DNA from: Sphyrna mokarran
Taxonomy: Eukaryota
Assembly (NCBI GenBank): GCA_024679065.1
Contig: JAGIQG010000020.1
Span: forward strand, 26,846,001 to 26,910,000
Direction of reading: 5' to 3'
DNA: 64,000 bases
Shown piece by piece: positions 61,923 through 64,000 of this stretch (positions within the stretch are counted from its first letter, which is position 1; every line of letters starts with the position of its first letter). Under the pieces are notes generated by a model. The model ran no database searches, was not told where the DNA came from, and saw only the letters and a program-made list of their open reading frames with translations. Position numbers and translations under genes: made by a program.

Positions 61923-62182
61923 TTTTCTTGTATGCTGCATGCTGGCATTTGTAAATGCGGCTACTTTCAATATAACATTAGAAAATATTTATTGCTCCAT
62001 GTAAAATGTATTTTTTCTGTTAACAACACCCACTTACGTGGATAGAAATAGTACCTTATTGCAGGGGAATAGGTCGGTGCTAATTTACTACAAACCTTTC
62101 TCATTTTTAAACTTGGAAATGAAACAGTCATGCCCTAGTAGAATATGTCATTGTTAGGTTAAGATGTTCCCATTTCTACATA

Positions 62183-62458
62183 GTTCAGTTTATTTATTAG
62201 TGTCATAAGCAGGCTTACATTAGCACTGCAATGAAGTTACTGTGAAAATCTCCAAGTCGCCACACTCTGGCACCTGTTTGGGTACACTGAGGGAAAATTT
62301 AGCATGACTGACTCACTTAACCAGCATGTCTTTGGGACTGTGGGAGCAAAGTGGAGCACCTGGAGGAAACCCATACAGACACCTGGAGAATGTGCAGACC
62401 CCGCACAGACTGACTCATGCTGGGTCCCTGGTGCTGAGAGGCAGCAGTCTAACCACTG
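62183..62458 (-). mobile_element. Type-B-tail SINE
   Basis: agtttatttattagtgtcataagcaggcttacattagcactgcaatgaagttactgtgaaaatc... Confidence 0.88.
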
Positions 62459-62914
62459 AGGATTGTTGCTTGTGGTGCTTGTGAGGTTCAAGTCTGTTGG
62501 ATGTTACTGTCTGGATATTGCAGAAGGCTACTTTCAAGGGAGCTTAGCTAGTTGCACAATTTGAATGACCAAGACGTGTGTGTTTGTCTGACAAAGCCGT
62601 GTTTGCAAAGTGTATCATAGTGAAATCAGAGAGTATAAAAATTAAGACATGTTGAAGCAATATAAAACAGTTTGCCCCACTCAGTGAGTATGGTTCCCAA
62701 TATTGGATAGATGAAAGATGTGAAAGGGAATCGGGCATGGATAGAGGTTGTGGAAACAGGCAAAGCATCAGGTCCCTGAATGTGACTCCCTGGCATTGCT
62801 TACTATGTTCATACCACAATTGTATTTGCTGTTGTATTCTTTCGTTAGTTAATGTCCCCTGGCCTCCACTGAATCACAGATGTATATTCTCTGCTCACTT
62901 CCAATGAATTCATC

Positions 62915-63020
62915 AAAGGCCATCAACTTAACTCTTACCACAGATGCTGCCTGACCTGCTGAGTTTTTCCAGCATCATCTTTTCGTTTTTCTTTCAGATT
63001 TCCAGCATTTATCATACTTA
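62915..63020. mobile_element. One arm of the palindromic Penelope-like repeat
   Basis: ccacagatgctgcctgacctgctgagtttttccagcat...tttcagatttccagcat. Confidence 0.7.
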
Positions 63021-64000
63021 CTATTTCAGAATTGCTTCCTTGTTCAATGTCTCTGCATATTGTTGCAAATATCTAGTCCAAAATTCATATGTTTTGCAAG
63101 GTAGGCTTTGGTTTTAGAAATTGAAGTGTTAAATGTTAGAAAGATTGACCCATCTACTTGAATGCAAATCCTGTTAACCTACGTTTATATTACAAGATAT
63201 GATTAAAAAATGGATGCATTACAAGGTGGAGTATGAATGCAATAAGTAATAATGGGTTTTCTCTTAGCTTATTAATGGGCGAGAAGTCTACCAATACTTC
63301 TATAAAATATTTAAGTTGTGTGTAGTTCGGAGATGGAAGAGTCCAAAAGTTAGCAATTTTCGATGGATGTGGGAGGGGAAGGTTGTAAAACTTGGTTTAA
63401 AATATAATTTATTCATGTTGGTTACAGAATCAAAGAGTTGTGTTGAAGGTAAGAATAATTGGCACGTCATTTAGATGGATTATAGGAGGGTTAGAAGGTT
63501 TGATGTAATTTGTCTGGATGTTTCTCACAAAAGATGTTTGTAGTTTTGTTCTGGTGTGGGCTGCAGTTCACTGAGTTGAAGCTGCAAAAGGAGATGAATA
63601 TTATTCAGTTCCGAATCTTAGCAGAGAACTCACTGTATGGAATGTTAATTGAGGAAGAAAACTGGAAGATTTGTGCATTCTGAATGGAAAGGAAGAAATC
63701 TACACTGGTGCCAACAGAATCCCGCAGAAAAAAAGCAATCAGCAGTTCGTTTGGAAGGCCACAAGAAAGTAGTATTTGGGTATCTGCCGGCAGACAGGAC
63801 ATGAAGCTGAGGAGCCCACTGTCATCAGGAATGGAATTTTCTGATTTTATGTCCACCCTTAGACTTGAAATCAGTGCCTGAACTCATAGAACTTTTAACG
63901 GTCCATCAAATTGTCTGTCTGACCCGCAGTGGGTGGCACCAGAAAATATATCCAAACGTATTTGTAAGGGAAAATTGGAAGGTTGTTTAGCAAAAAGACA

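Noticed and set aside
1-64000. CRISPR array, prokaryotic operon or mitochondrial insertion
   Set aside because: No regularly spaced repeat-spacer units, no gene-dense segment and no recognisable mitochondrial gene; the recurring motifs are dispersed SINEs.

Overview
Eukaryotic, repeat-rich, essentially non-coding DNA from a cartilaginous fish, most likely a shark, as indicated by abundant HE1-type tRNA/V-domain SINEs and CR1/HER1-type LINEs. I find no intact protein-coding gene, RNA gene or CRISPR array, and almost all ORF-track ORFs are spurious or TE-derived. The window looks like a large intron or gene desert: decayed SINEs, CR1/L2/Rex1-like LINEs, Penelope-like remnants and Harbinger transposon/MITE remnants alternate with TE-free blocks that may hold conserved regulatory elements. 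The most notable observations are: (1) a 3'-truncated, start-less but still open-frame histone H2B pseudogene (24700-24972, minus strand); (2) a cluster of local inverted or templated duplications and a micro-inversion with fold-back and microhomology junctions; (3) hammerhead-ribozyme vestiges in Penelope-like elements, one split by a CR1 insertion at about the cleavage site; (4) one SINE head paired with two different LINE-like tails; (5) a candidate CpG-retaining promoter or first exon near 48.2 kb. Family names rest on motif recognition, not database searches. Identities are by-eye estimates and TE boundaries are approximate.
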